The position numbers and the translations under genes were made by a program. Under the pieces are notes generated by a model. The model was not told the origin of the DNA. It saw nothing but the letters and a program-made list of their open reading frames with translations, and did no database searches. Source: Acidobacteria bacterium bin61 (lineage in GTDB: Bacteria > Acidobacteriota > Vicinamibacteria > Marinacidobacterales > SMYC01). From it: DNA of 64,000 bases. How positions within the stretch are numbered: the first letter of the stretch is position 1; each line of letters starts with the position of its first letter. Positions 1-9,511 of the stretch are shown in pieces. Where the stretch lies: positions 60,530-124,529 of the forward strand of contig CAUZCL010000005.1 of assembly GCA_963578475.1 (NCBI GenBank), read 5' to 3'.

Positions 1-153
1 TCGAGAGCTCGTCTTGCGACGGTCGTCATTTTTTAGAGTGAACCTGCAGCCGAGCGCCTCGTCGAAGGGCAGCGACGCTCGATGATTTCTAGATGTGAAC
101 TCCGGCTCCCATCGACCAGTATAGGCCGACGCCGCCGTACATCCAAAAGCGAT

Positions 154-840
154 TCATATCGATCCGTGACCGTCCGGAAAGAGCGGGAGCGGCCTCGGCT
201 CGAGCTCCTCCAGCACTTTCCATCCCCAGCTACGGCGCGTCTCGTCCGGTAAACGCTGATATCGCTCGTGATAGCGCCGCAGGAATGCCGCCGTCGCGGC
301 ATTGACGTAGCCGCCGCCGCGGATGGGTCCGAACTCCGCGTCGTAGCGCGCGGCAATCTCTCCGAAAAGGGCGTCCCGCCGCACTTTCGCGATGATGGAC
401 GCGGCGGCGACAGCGACGTGGTGCTGTTCGCCGAAATTGAACGCCCGCAGATGGGCGTAGCGTTGTCGCAGCAGCCCGAAGACTTTCTCGCCATCGGCAA
501 TGATCCGTTTGACGGCGACGGTTCGGTCGATGATGTTCGTGGCCGCGATGCGCTCGAGCTCGTTGAGAAGCCCATGGTCGCAATAGCGGTCCACCTCCTC
601 GTGGTCGCATACCTCCACCTGAACGTCTTCCGCAAGGCGGCCGATATGCTCCGCGAGCTCGGCACGCCGCGCACGCGCTTCCTTCCCCGCCCCGAACTCC
701 TTCGAGTCCACGACCCCACGCCGGGTCAGCGCCGAAGTGGCTTGAGGCTTGAGAACAACACCCGCCACTACCATCGGTCCGAGAACCGGTCCTCGCCCTG
801 CCTCGTCGATGCCGAGAATCACGACCCTATGCTTTCGCAT
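154..840 (-). CDS. rnhB: Ribonuclease HII
   Basis: Translation MRKHRVVILGIDEAGRGPVLGPMVVAGVVL... matches the RNase HII N-terminus (DEAGRG catalytic motif). The ATG at 838-840 was chosen; the listed ORF extension upstream overlaps the next gene and lacks homology. Confidence 0.85.
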   Translation of the reverse strand: MRKHRVVILGIDEAGRGPVLGPMVVAGVVLKPQATSALTRRGVVDSKEFGAGKEARARRAELAEHIGRLAEDVQVEVCDHEEVDRYCDHGLLNELERIAATNIIDRTVAVKRIIADGEKVFGLLRQRYAHLRAFNFGEQHHVAVAAASIIAKVRRDALFGEIAARYDAEFGPIRGGGYVNAATAAFLRRYHERYQRLPDETRRSWGWKVLEELEPRPLPLFPDGHGSI

Positions 841-933
841 CAGGGGCACCGGTTGCAACGATAAACGCAACCCGCTAAAAGTATGACCGAGCTCACAGGG
901 GTTCCAACGAGAAGCGAAGGAGACTCTCAGAAT

Positions 934-2391
934 ATGAGTGAGGCGGAGACAAAAGGACAGGGCGTCTACAACGTCGTGGTCATTGGTGCCGGCACAGCGG
1001 GTCTTGTCACTGCGGCGGGGACGGTCGGGCTCGGTGGACGCGCCGCGCTCATCGAGGCCAAGAAAATGGGAGGCGATTGCCTGAACTACGGATGCGTTCC
1101 GTCCAAGGCGCTGATCTCCTCCGCGAAGCTCCTCGAGCGCATCCGCCACGCCAATAAGATGGGTCTCGGGAAGATGGAGCCCTCCTTCCAGTTCGAAGAT
1201 GTCTTTGCGCGCATGCGCGAGCGGCGCGCCAAGATTGAGCCGAACGACTCCGTCGAGCGGTTCGAAGGCCTGGGGGTCGACGTCTTCCAAGCGCGCGCGA
1301 AGTTCGTTTCACCTCATGAAGTGGAGCTCGATGACGGCACGCGTCTGAAAGCCCGCAATTTCGTTGTCGCGACCGGGACGACAGCCCTCGTGCTCCCCAT
1401 CCGGGGGCTCGACACCGTGCCCTATTACACGAATGAGACGATCTTCGACGAGATGCCGACGGCGCCTTCCTCGATGATCATTCTCGGTGGAGGGCCGATC
1501 GGGTGCGAGTTTGCACAAGTCATGAGTCGGCTCGGCGTTCGCGTCAAGCTCGTGGAGCTTCTCCCCCGGCTTCTTCCTCGAGACGACGCCGATGCGAGCG
1601 GACTCATAACAGAACGCTTCGCCGACGAAGGCATCGAAGTCTTGACGGGCACGAAAGCCACACGCTTCGAGCACAAAGACGGCGTCACCATCGCGACGGT
1701 CGAGAATGCGAGCGGCGAGCACGAGCTTCGAGCCGAAGCATTGCTCGTAGCCACGGGCCGGAAGGCCAATGTCGAGAACCTCGGTCTCGATGAAGCAGGC
1801 ATCGCCTACGATTACCGCGGCGTCACCGTCGACGAGACGCTCACCACATCGCAGTCTCACATCTTCGCATGCGGGGACGTCGCTGGGCCCTACCAGTTCA
1901 CGCACACGGCGGACTACCAGGCGCGCGTCGTCGTACGGAACATTCTCATCCCTTGGTTCAAGTCGAAAGCCGACTACACCTGGGTGCCTTGGGTGACCTA
2001 TACCGACCCCGAAGTCGCGCAGTGCGGCCTAACGGAGGACGAAGCCAAGAAGAAAACCGTCGCCTACGACGTCTTCCGCTTCGACTGGAAGGATTTGGAC
2101 CGAGCCATCACCGACAGCGAAACCACGGGCTTCGTCAAAGTTCTCACCAAGAAAGACACGGACCGAATCCTCGGAGCTACCGTCGTTGGTTTTCATGGTG
2201 GCGATGTCATGCACGAGCTTCTCGTCGCAGGCAAACACGGCATCGGCCTCTCGAAGCTTTCCGGAACGATCCACGCGTATCCGACACTATCGGCTTGCGT
2301 GCAGCGCGTCGCCGATGCGTACCAGAAAACGAAGCTCACGCCCACGGTCGCGAACATCTTCAAGTGGCTCTACAAATGGAGGCGCGCCTGA
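934..2391 (+). CDS. Class I FAD-dependent pyridine nucleotide-disulfide oxidoreductase (dihydrolipoamide dehydrogenase/mercuric reductase-like, no metal-binding extensions)
   Basis: GxGxxG FAD fold (VVVIGAGTAG), redox-active disulfide GGDCLNYGCVPSK, second NAD(P) Rossmann fold, C-terminal HAYPTLSA dimerisation motif. The ATG at 934 has an AGGAG RBS 11 nt upstream; 883 is the alternative ORF start. Confidence 0.8.
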   Translation: MSEAETKGQGVYNVVVIGAGTAGLVTAAGTVGLGGRAALIEAKKMGGDCLNYGCVPSKALISSAKLLERIRHANKMGLGKMEPSFQFEDVFARMRERRAKIEPNDSVERFEGLGVDVFQARAKFVSPHEVELDDGTRLKARNFVVATGTTALVLPIRGLDTVPYYTNETIFDEMPTAPSSMIILGGGPIGCEFAQVMSRLGVRVKLVELLPRLLPRDDADASGLITERFADEGIEVLTGTKATRFEHKDGVTIATVENASGEHELRAEALLVATGRKANVENLGLDEAGIAYDYRGVTVDETLTTSQSHIFACGDVAGPYQFTHTADYQARVVVRNILIPWFKSKADYTWVPWVTYTDPEVAQCGLTEDEAKKKTVAYDVFRFDWKDLDRAITDSETTGFVKVLTKKDTDRILGATVVGFHGGDVMHELLVAGKHGIGLSKLSGTIHAYPTLSACVQRVADAYQKTKLTPTVANIFKWLYKWRRA

Positions 2392-3083
2392 TGGCAGCCA
2401 AGAAATATCTCAAGGCCGTCATCGTCGTGTTGGCGATCGCCACCTTCGCTCTCGCCGCACGACAGCTCCCGATCGAGAATTGGCTCGAATCTCTCAATGC
2501 CTGGGTCACGGATTTAGGTGTTCTCGGCATGGTCATCTTTGCGCTCGTCTATGCTGCAGCGACCGTGCTGATGGTCCCGGGCTCGCTTCTTACCCTCGCC
2601 GGCGGCGCGGTGTTCGGACTCGTTCCCGGTTTCGTCACGGTCTGGAATGGCGCGACCCTCGGCGCCGCGCTCGCCTTTCTCGTTTCGCGCTTTCTCGCAC
2701 GCAAACGGGTCGAGGCGTGGATTCAAGAGAAGCCGTCGTTCAGCGTCATCGACAAAGCCGTCGCCAGACAAGGCTGGAAGATCGTCTTTCTCACACGGCT
2801 ATCACCCGTCTTCCCGTTCAACTTTCAGAACTACGCTTACGGTCTGACGAGCGTTTCCTTCTGGCACTACGTGCTCGCCTCGTGGACGGGCATGATCCCC
2901 GGCTCGTTTCTCTATGTTTATTTCGGAACCCTCGGGCGAAGCGGGCTCGAAGCCGCGTCGGGCACAGCGAGCGAGCAGACGCTGAAGCTCGCGCTGCAGG
3001 TCGTGGGCCTTTTCGCGACCCTCGCGGTGACGGTGCTCATTACCCGCACGGCGAAAAAAGCGCTAAACGCGGCCGGAGTCTAG
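2391..3083 (+). CDS. DedA/TVP38/TMEM64 family integral membrane protein
   Basis: Multi-TM translation with the DedA-type pattern (GxxxG-rich helices, FLxRxLARK). Start overlaps the upstream stop as ATGA (translational coupling). Confidence 0.75.
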   Translation: MAAKKYLKAVIVVLAIATFALAARQLPIENWLESLNAWVTDLGVLGMVIFALVYAAATVLMVPGSLLTLAGGAVFGLVPGFVTVWNGATLGAALAFLVSRFLARKRVEAWIQEKPSFSVIDKAVARQGWKIVFLTRLSPVFPFNFQNYAYGLTSVSFWHYVLASWTGMIPGSFLYVYFGTLGRSGLEAASGTASEQTLKLALQVVGLFATLAVTVLITRTAKKALNAAGV

Positions 3084-3103
3084 CCGGCCGAGGAGGTGTG
3101 CAA

Positions 3104-3460
3104 GTGGAGATTACGTCGGTCAAAATCATGCTCATGGTCCAGGACATGCCGCGCGCGAGCCGCTTTTATCACGATGTCATCGGGCTCGAGGTAAAGTTCG
3201 AATCGCCGGAGTGGACTGAGCTCGCCTACGGAGACGCCATCGTCGCGCTTCACGGAGGCGGCAAGGGAGAGTTTCGCACCACCGGATTGGGCTTCCAAGT
3301 GAAAGACATCCGCGCTGCCTGTCGCGAGATGGAAGCCGGAGGCGGGAAAATCGCCTCACCGCCGATGGAGCGACCGGGCGAGCTGATCATCCTCGCCCAG
3401 ATCGTCGACACCGAAGGCAATCAGTTCTCGCTCACCGAGTACCTCGGCACTAGTGCTTAG
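3104..3460 (+). CDS. VOC/glyoxalase-bleomycin resistance family protein
   Basis: 118-aa product with the paired beta-alpha-beta-beta-beta module pattern (FYHDVIGLEV ... GNQFSLTEY). GTG start preceded by GAGGAGG. Confidence 0.6.
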   Translation: MEITSVKIMLMVQDMPRASRFYHDVIGLEVKFESPEWTELAYGDAIVALHGGGKGEFRTTGLGFQVKDIRAACREMEAGGGKIASPPMERPGELIILAQIVDTEGNQFSLTEYLGTSA

Positions 3461-3491
3461 CAAGATATTCGTCGGCGTGATACGTTTGCGC

Positions 3492-4504
3492 ATGCGCGTT
3501 CGGATGCCGCTACTCGTTCTACTCGCAGCCGCGTTCTCGTCTCCCGCCTGCCAAGACGTGCACGCGCCCGCGGTGGCGCCCGAGTCAGCCGATAACAAGC
3601 TCATCCAAAACCGCGGTGAAGGCAAAGATCGGTGGTGGGACAAGCTCCCGCGCGCGCGGCGTGAAGCGCTTTCACCAAGGTCGAACAAAGTCAGGACTGG
3701 TTCGAGGTCTACGAGCTCCAGCCAGGGCTTTTCGCTATCTATGAGCCGGGCCAGTTCGAGGAAGTGATCTCCTATCTTTTCGTCGGAACGGAAAAAGCGC
3801 TGCTCTTCGACGCGGGCATCGGTGTCAGCAATATGCGGCAAGTCGTCGCCGAGCTCACCGAGCTCGAGCCCATCGTCGTCAACTCTCACGCCCACTATGA
3901 CCATGTCGGCGGCAACCACTCTTTCTCGAAGGTCAGAGGCACCGAGACCAAGTACACCGCGCGCAACGCCAAGGGTCGCGCCCACGAAGCCGTCGCCGAG
4001 TTCGTCGGCGAAGGGTGGATTTGGAAGCCTACGCCGGACGGGTTTTCGAAAGAGAGCTACCGCTCTGAAGCGTTCGACGTCGTGGAAACGATACGGGACG
4101 GCGATGTCTTCGATCTGGGTGGCCGGAGTCTCGAAGTCCTTTGGACACCCGGGCACGCACCTGATGCGCTGTGTTTGCTCGATCGCGAGAACCGGCTTCT
4201 TCTCACCGGCGACACGTTCTACCCAGCAACGCTCTACGCCCATCTCGACGGGTCGGACTTCGCGGCTTATCGCGCGACGGCCCGGCGCCTATCCGCGCTC
4301 GCTGAAAAAGGCACCGACCACGTCGACACGCTGCTTCCCGCGCATAACGAGCCGTGGGTCTCGAGCGACTACTTAGAGAAGATGCGCGACGCGTTCGATT
4401 CCATCGCCCACGACGAGACCCCGTTCGTGCTCACGGACGGCAATCGCGAATACAAGTTCGATGGATTCACGATTCTGACACGCGATTCGCCAGCGACCCA
4501 GTAG
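3492..4504 (+). pseudogene. Secreted MBL-fold metallo-hydrolase, apparently frameshifted near 3650-3665
   Basis: Intact ORF 3764..4504 carries HAHYDHVGG (HxHxDH) and downstream His/Asp ligands. The expected MBL N-terminus (FEVYELQPGLFAIYEPGQFEEVISYLFVG) is encoded upstream in the same frame but without a start codon. A signal peptide (MRVRMPLLVLLAAAFSSPAC) is encoded in another frame (ORF 3453..3767). The frames meet in a cgcgcgcgcgg repeat. Confidence 0.55.
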
Positions 4505-4977
4505 TTACACGTCGGGTGGTAGAGAAGGCGGACGCGGAACGGCGCTCAGCCAACGCTTTTTGCGAGGCTTTCCGCTACCGGGTCTCTCCCACCCTTTCTT
4601 GCCGCCGGGGATCAGGCGGAACCGTGGCCGCGCGGCGCGCGGCGCGCACGCGTCGCAGAAACCCTGCCATTTGTCCGTGGGGCTCGAGCAGGATCGACAA
4701 GAACCGAACATAGCATAACTCCAAGTTGATAATTATAAGAGGGTTCAAGAAACTGTCCGGGGGGCCAATAGCCTCGAAACCCGCGCTGAGATTAACTCGA
4801 AACGTGCCTTGGACTCAAGCGGCGTGGGAAAAGCGCCTCCACGACCGTGGTGAGCGTCTCACCGCAATCGGCCTGGACCTTTACATCAAGCTCGCCATCC
4901 GCGCGGGTTTTGCCGAGATTCACCATCACGACGGGAATCTGGTTTTGCGCCGCGCGTTTCACGAATCGGTAGCCCGA

Positions 4978-5726
4978 CTAGACCATTAGCGAAGACCCGA
5001 CAACCAAAAGCGCGTCAGCCTCATCAACACGGGACATCGCTTCGGTCACGAAATCGCGAGGTACCGATTCGCCGAAGAAAACGACGTCGGGCTTCAAGAC
5101 CCCGCCGCAACACGCGCAATCGGGCGTACGAAAACGCTCTAGCTCCAGAGCGGCAGTATCAGTCTCGAGATCGGCGTCTCCGTCAGGCGCGAAGGCCGCC
5201 GCTTGCGCTCCAAAGGCGGGGTTCGCCTCGAAAAGCCGGTCCTGAAACTCGAGCCGGGGGCGCACGTCGCCACAATCGACGCAACGAACGCGGTCGATCC
5301 GTCCATGAAGATCGTTGACGTTGCGGCTTCCCGCCTTCTGGTGAAGGCCATCCACGTTTTGCGTGATGAGATAGCGAAGCGCGCCGTGCTCTTCGAGATG
5401 GGCGAGAGCTCGATGAGCGGCGTTCGGGCGAGCTTTCTCGACGAGACTCCACCCACCATGCTACGCGCCCAATAGCGCCGCCGAGCCTTCTCGCTTCCGA
5501 GAAAAGTTTGGTAGCGCATCGGCGGATTACGCTTCCACTCACCATCACCGTCGCGATAATCGGGAATCCCGGATGCGGAGCCGCAGCCAGCACCCGTGAG
5601 CGCCACGAGCCGCTCGGCGCGCGCGATGACCTCGGTCAGAGCGTGGAAGGCATGGAGGTCTTCACCGCCGCGGGATAGACTAGTGCTCGACGTTATGATG
5701 TGGCGCCTCACTTTGCTCGTTTCCAT
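4978..5726 (-). pseudogene. Sir2-family NAD-dependent protein deacylase (CobB/NpdA-like), split by a -1 frameshift in a short homopolymer (C-run on + strand) near 5450
   Basis: N-terminal ORF (5139..5726) gives LTGAGCGSASGIPDYRDGDGEW ... RRRYWARSMVGG. C-terminal frame (4978..5355 and upstream) gives GGWSLVEKARPNAAHRALAHLEEHGALRYLITQNVDGLHQKAGSRNV..LHG ... CxxC...CxxC ... VVGSSL. The two halves join in a gtgggtgg tract (one G missing relative to a continuous frame). Confidence 0.7.
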
Positions 5727-7005
5727 TCTTATCGCGAGCTCCGCCGATGCGCAGCCTCAAAGCAAGGCTCCGGACATCTGGGTCGAGCTCAAACGAAATA
5801 TGCACGCGCTCAGAGTCGCGATTCCCGAGCTCTCGGCGGCGAGCCCGGATGTGCGCGCCGACGCGGCAGAGGTACATCGCATAATGTTCGATGATATCTC
5901 GTTTGCCGCGGTTTTTCGGATCGTGGACCCGGAGCGGTACCAGCTCGTGAAAACTCTATCCGCCGGCTTCGACTATCACGGCTGGGAATCCATTGGCAGT
6001 GACATCGTGATTACCGGAACGGTGTCGCGGGAAAACCAAGCGCTTCGCGCTGCCATCCATGTTCACGCCGTGGAAAACGAGAAGACGGCCTTCTCGACCG
6101 TTTACACAGAATATCAAGGCTCGACGCGCAACCTCGCGCACAACGTCGCCAATCGCATTTTAGCCCAGTTCGGTCTCGTCGGGCTCGCAACGACCGACAT
6201 CGTCTTCGCGAGCAATCGAGACTCGAAGACCGGTAGCAAGAACCTGTGGATGATGGATTACGACGGCTTCGGCCAACGCGCGATCACGCGCAACCGCTAC
6301 CTCGATTTTCAGCCCCGCTTCAGCCCGGACGGAGCGAAGCTGAGCTTCTTGTCCTACCCGAAGAAAAACGCACCTCCCGTGCTCGCGATCCACGGCGAGG
6401 GGCCGCTCCTCGAAGGTCCGGGCATGCTGTTCTCGGCCTCATGGTCCCCTGACGGAAAACGCATCGCCTTTTCGTCGACGCGCGACGAAGCGGGTAACGC
6501 CGAGATCTACGTCATGAGTCGTGACGGGACCGCTATTCGTCGATTGACCCATCACCCGGGCATCGACGTCTCGCCTAGCTGGTCGCCGACTGGAAGAGAG
6601 CTCGTCTTCACGTCCGAAAGGACGGGGTCGCCGCAGATCTTTGTGATGGACGCCGAAGGTTTGAACCTGCGGCGGCTCTCACGTGGGGGGACGTATAACG
6701 CCGAGCCCTTCTGGTCCCCGTCCAAGATTCACCAAGAGATCGCCTATGTGTCACGCGTCGAAGGACGCCGGTTCGACATCGTCGTCTACGACCTCGCAAA
6801 CCGACAATTGCGCCAACTAACGTCTCAGTCGAGGATGAACGAGGGCGCGAGCTGGTCTCCCGACGGACGCCATCTCGTCTTCACATCCACCCGCACCGGC
6901 GAACCGCAAATCTTCATCATGAATCGAGACGGCGCCAACCAGCGGCAACTCACCTTCAAAGGCGCAAACACCACCCCGAGCTGGTCTCCCCTAAACCGCA
7001 ACTAG
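5695..7005 (+). CDS. TolB-like periplasmic protein (TolB N-terminal domain plus PD40 beta-propeller)
   Basis: Signal peptide MMWRLTLLVSILIASSADAQ, then repeated PD40 blades (SWSPDG, SWSPTG, FWSPS, SWSPDG, SWSP). Start moved to 5695 from the longer ORF 5596. Confidence 0.7.
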   Translation: MMWRLTLLVSILIASSADAQPQSKAPDIWVELKRNMHALRVAIPELSAASPDVRADAAEVHRIMFDDISFAAVFRIVDPERYQLVKTLSAGFDYHGWESIGSDIVITGTVSRENQALRAAIHVHAVENEKTAFSTVYTEYQGSTRNLAHNVANRILAQFGLVGLATTDIVFASNRDSKTGSKNLWMMDYDGFGQRAITRNRYLDFQPRFSPDGAKLSFLSYPKKNAPPVLAIHGEGPLLEGPGMLFSASWSPDGKRIAFSSTRDEAGNAEIYVMSRDGTAIRRLTHHPGIDVSPSWSPTGRELVFTSERTGSPQIFVMDAEGLNLRRLSRGGTYNAEPFWSPSKIHQEIAYVSRVEGRRFDIVVYDLANRQLRQLTSQSRMNEGASWSPDGRHLVFTSTRTGEPQIFIMNRDGANQRQLTFKGANTTPSWSPLNRN

Positions 7006-7599
7006 GACGATCTCGAACGTCAGCCCGAGCTTCTCTTTCGTTTTGACGGAGCCGCCGAGCGCCGAGAGTTGCGGCACACCCCAGCGTTTTGTGTCGAGCT
7101 CGAGCTCACCCGTCACGGTCATCCGCTCACCGGAAAACTCGAGTGTCACGGGAACCTTCAGTGGATGGCTTTCGCCTCGTAGTTTCAAGGTGTTTTCGAG
7201 CTCGAGTCGCATTGCTTCGCCGCGCTTATCGCGGACGCGGACCCGGGAGGACGTAAAGATTATCGTGGCGTATTCCGAGAGGGCGAGCACCTTGGTCTCC
7301 ATCTCGCCTTGGACCTTCGCGCGGTCGTCCTCGTCCAGCTTTTAGTCGGCAACGCTCAGCGAGGTCGGGTCGACCTCGAGCGTGAAACGGGAGCTCTCCG
7401 GCTCTTTGCTATTCCAGACCACCGTCCCAGTGAAAGCCCCGACGCGGATCCGGTGGTCGTGGCCAAACACCTTGAACAGTCCCGCGCGCCCAACCTCCAC
7501 TTCGAACTGACTTTCGTCCGGAGCGACGCGATAGGTTGTCGTCGTTTGCGGAACAACAACGACAAAAAACCCCGTCAAAAGCGATGAAATCCGCATCAT
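6991..7599 (-). pseudogene. YceI-like periplasmic protein interrupted by an in-frame TAA (7342-7344)
   Basis: ORFs 7342..7599 and 6991..7302 are in the same frame. Read-through gives a roughly 200-aa YceI-like protein (signal peptide, then VFGHDHRIRVGAFTGTVVWN ... and TVTGELELDTKRWGV). Confidence 0.7.
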
Positions 7600-7695
7600 A
7601 ACCCTCCCCTGGCGCCGGTCGCCCGATATAGAGATAATCTCAGACTAGCGCGGCACCGTTCGCCGGGCTGTTAACTAATACGCAACGCAATCCCC

Positions 7696-9511
7696 ATGGG
7701 AAGAATATCGAGCTACCTCCGCGTCGGGTTTCTGCTGTTGATCCTCAACAGCGGTTATCTACTCTCCAGAAATGAAGCGTCCATATTCTACGCGGCCAAC
7801 GTGCTGTTTCACGTCTCTCTCGCCCTCGGCCTCACTGGGCTCGCCATCTACGTCTACCGGCGTCTTGCGAAGAGCACCTTGTCCACATCGTCCTCGGTGC
7901 GAGCGCGCTCACGGGCGTAGCGCTCGTGGTTCTCGGAGCAGGCACGGCGACGCGCCCCCTTCTTCTCGCGCACATAGCCGTTGCCTCGCTCGCCGCCGCC
8001 GTCGTCGCGCTCTCGAGCAAGCTGCCGTCATCGTTCTCGGACTCGCCGCGCTCCTGCCTCTTGCCACGATCATGCGGAACAGCCTGACGCCTCCTCCCAC
8101 ACTCAATGCTGCGTTTGCGCCGATCTCGATGGAAGGTGAAGCCATGGGCGGCGCGAGAGGGCTTTTTTTCGTCTTCGGCCGAGACGCTCGACGGTGCGAC
8201 CATCCCGGCCGAGTTCTTCATGGGAAGTAAAGAATGCGGGCGCTGCCACACCGACATTTACAACCAATGGGAAAGCTCCGCCCACCGCAAGGCTTCGTTC
8301 AATAACCAGTGGTACCGAAAGTCCATCGAGTACATGCAAAGCGCCGTCGGAACGGAGCCGTCCAAGTGCTGCGGCGGCTGCCACGATCACGCGATCTTGT
8401 TCTCCGGCATGATGGACACGCCCATCGAGGAGATTATCGACCGGCCCGAGGCGCATGCCGGCCTCTCATGCACATCGTGCCACTCCATCGTGCGCGTAAA
8501 GAACACGATGGGGAAGGCAGGCTTCGTTATCGAATTTCCCGCTCTCCACGATCTCGCGACGAGCGAGAAACCCGTTATCCGAGCGCTCCATGACGTGCTC
8601 TTGCATCTCGATCCCGAGCCGCATCGGGAGACGTTTCTGAAGCCTCTGCACACGGGCGATAGCTCAGCCTTTTGCTCGACCTGTCACAAAGTCCACCTCG
8701 ACGCGCCGGTCAACCACTATCGCTGGATTCGTGGCTTCAATAGCTATGACAATTGGCAAGCGAGTGGCGTCTCCGGCGAAGGCGCGCGATCGTTCTACTA
8801 CCCCGACACGCCGAAAACTTGCACCGATTGCCACATGCCGTTCGTCCCGGGCTACGATCCGGCGGCGCCGGCAGGCCTCCTGCGATCCCACCCGCTTTTG
8901 CCGCGGCCAACACCGCGATTCCGACCGCCTATGGGGACGACGCGCAGCTCGAGGCCGTTCGAGACTTTCTTCAAGCAGGGCAAGTGACCGTCGACCTTTT
9001 CGCCCTCGTACGATCCGACGAGCCCGAGGCGGGGCAAGAGCTCGGCTCTCGAGGTCAGCAGCGCCAGCTAGCGAGCACCTTTGCCGTCGGAGAGGAAGCC
9101 GCGATGGCCATCCCCGGCCGTATGATGTCGCTGGCTGTTGCCTAAGAGGTGATCGCCCCTCTCGATCGGGCGCAGCCGTCGGTGATGCCGGGCGAGTCGG
9201 TGCGGATCGACGCCGTCGTGCGCACCCGCAATGTCGGGCATTTCTTTCCGGGCGGCACCGTCGACGCGTTCGACGTATGGGTCGAGCTGAAGACCGTCGA
9301 CAACGAAGGTCGCACCATCTTCTGGAGCGGCTATACCGATGATGACGGAAAAGGGCCGGTCGAGCCCGGCGCGCATTGCTATCGCTCGCTATTGCTCGAC
9401 GCCAAAGGCCAGCCCATCAACAAACGGCGGTGGCTCGTTCGAAGATGTGACCGCGGGCTCCGGCTTCGACCGCGCGGTCTATGGGATGGGCGTCGCGGTC
9501 GGCGATTATGA
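7696..9511 (+). pseudogene. Membrane-anchored multiheme cytochrome c (5 CxxCH) with a C-terminal beta-sandwich-like region; degraded by at least four frameshifts and one in-frame TAA
   Basis: TM helices are encoded successively in three frames (7696-7870, 7870-8010, 8010-8165), with a shift at a T7 run 8161-8167. Heme motifs CGRCH, CGGCH, CTSCH, CSTCH, CTDCH lie in ORF 8106..8987. The continuation is in frame 2 (8753..9145), followed by TAA at 9143-9145 and ORF 9149..9511. Confidence 0.55.

Noticed and set aside
883-933. Upstream ATG at 883 as the start of the disulfide oxidoreductase
   Set aside because: No RBS, and it would add 17 residues before the FAD-binding GxGxxG. The ATG at 934 has an AGGAG RBS and gives the canonical N-terminus.
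3356-4243. Long antisense ORFs opposite well-supported genes (for example 3356..4243-, 16242..16958-, 17852..18811-, 20828..21658-, 21676..23103-, 38902..40188+, 58025..59095+, 59571..60740-)
   Set aside because: Typical high-GC shadow ORFs. Their translations are Arg/Ala/Gly-rich with low complexity and no family signatures, while the opposite-strand genes have full-length homology.
4726-4989. ORF 4726..4989 (87 aa) as a real small gene in the convergent spacer
   Set aside because: No signal peptide, motif or RBS. It overlaps the 3' end of the sirtuin gene on the other strand, and its composition is Arg/Leu-rich like other shadow ORFs.
7342-9145. In-frame TAA codons (YceI 7342-7344; cytochrome-region 9143-9145) as evidence for stop-codon reassignment
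   Set aside because: TAA terminates clearly intact genes elsewhere in the window (panE-like 13591-13593; M16 partner 24678-24680), and TAG/TGA are also used as normal stops. Pseudogene or base error is the simpler explanation.
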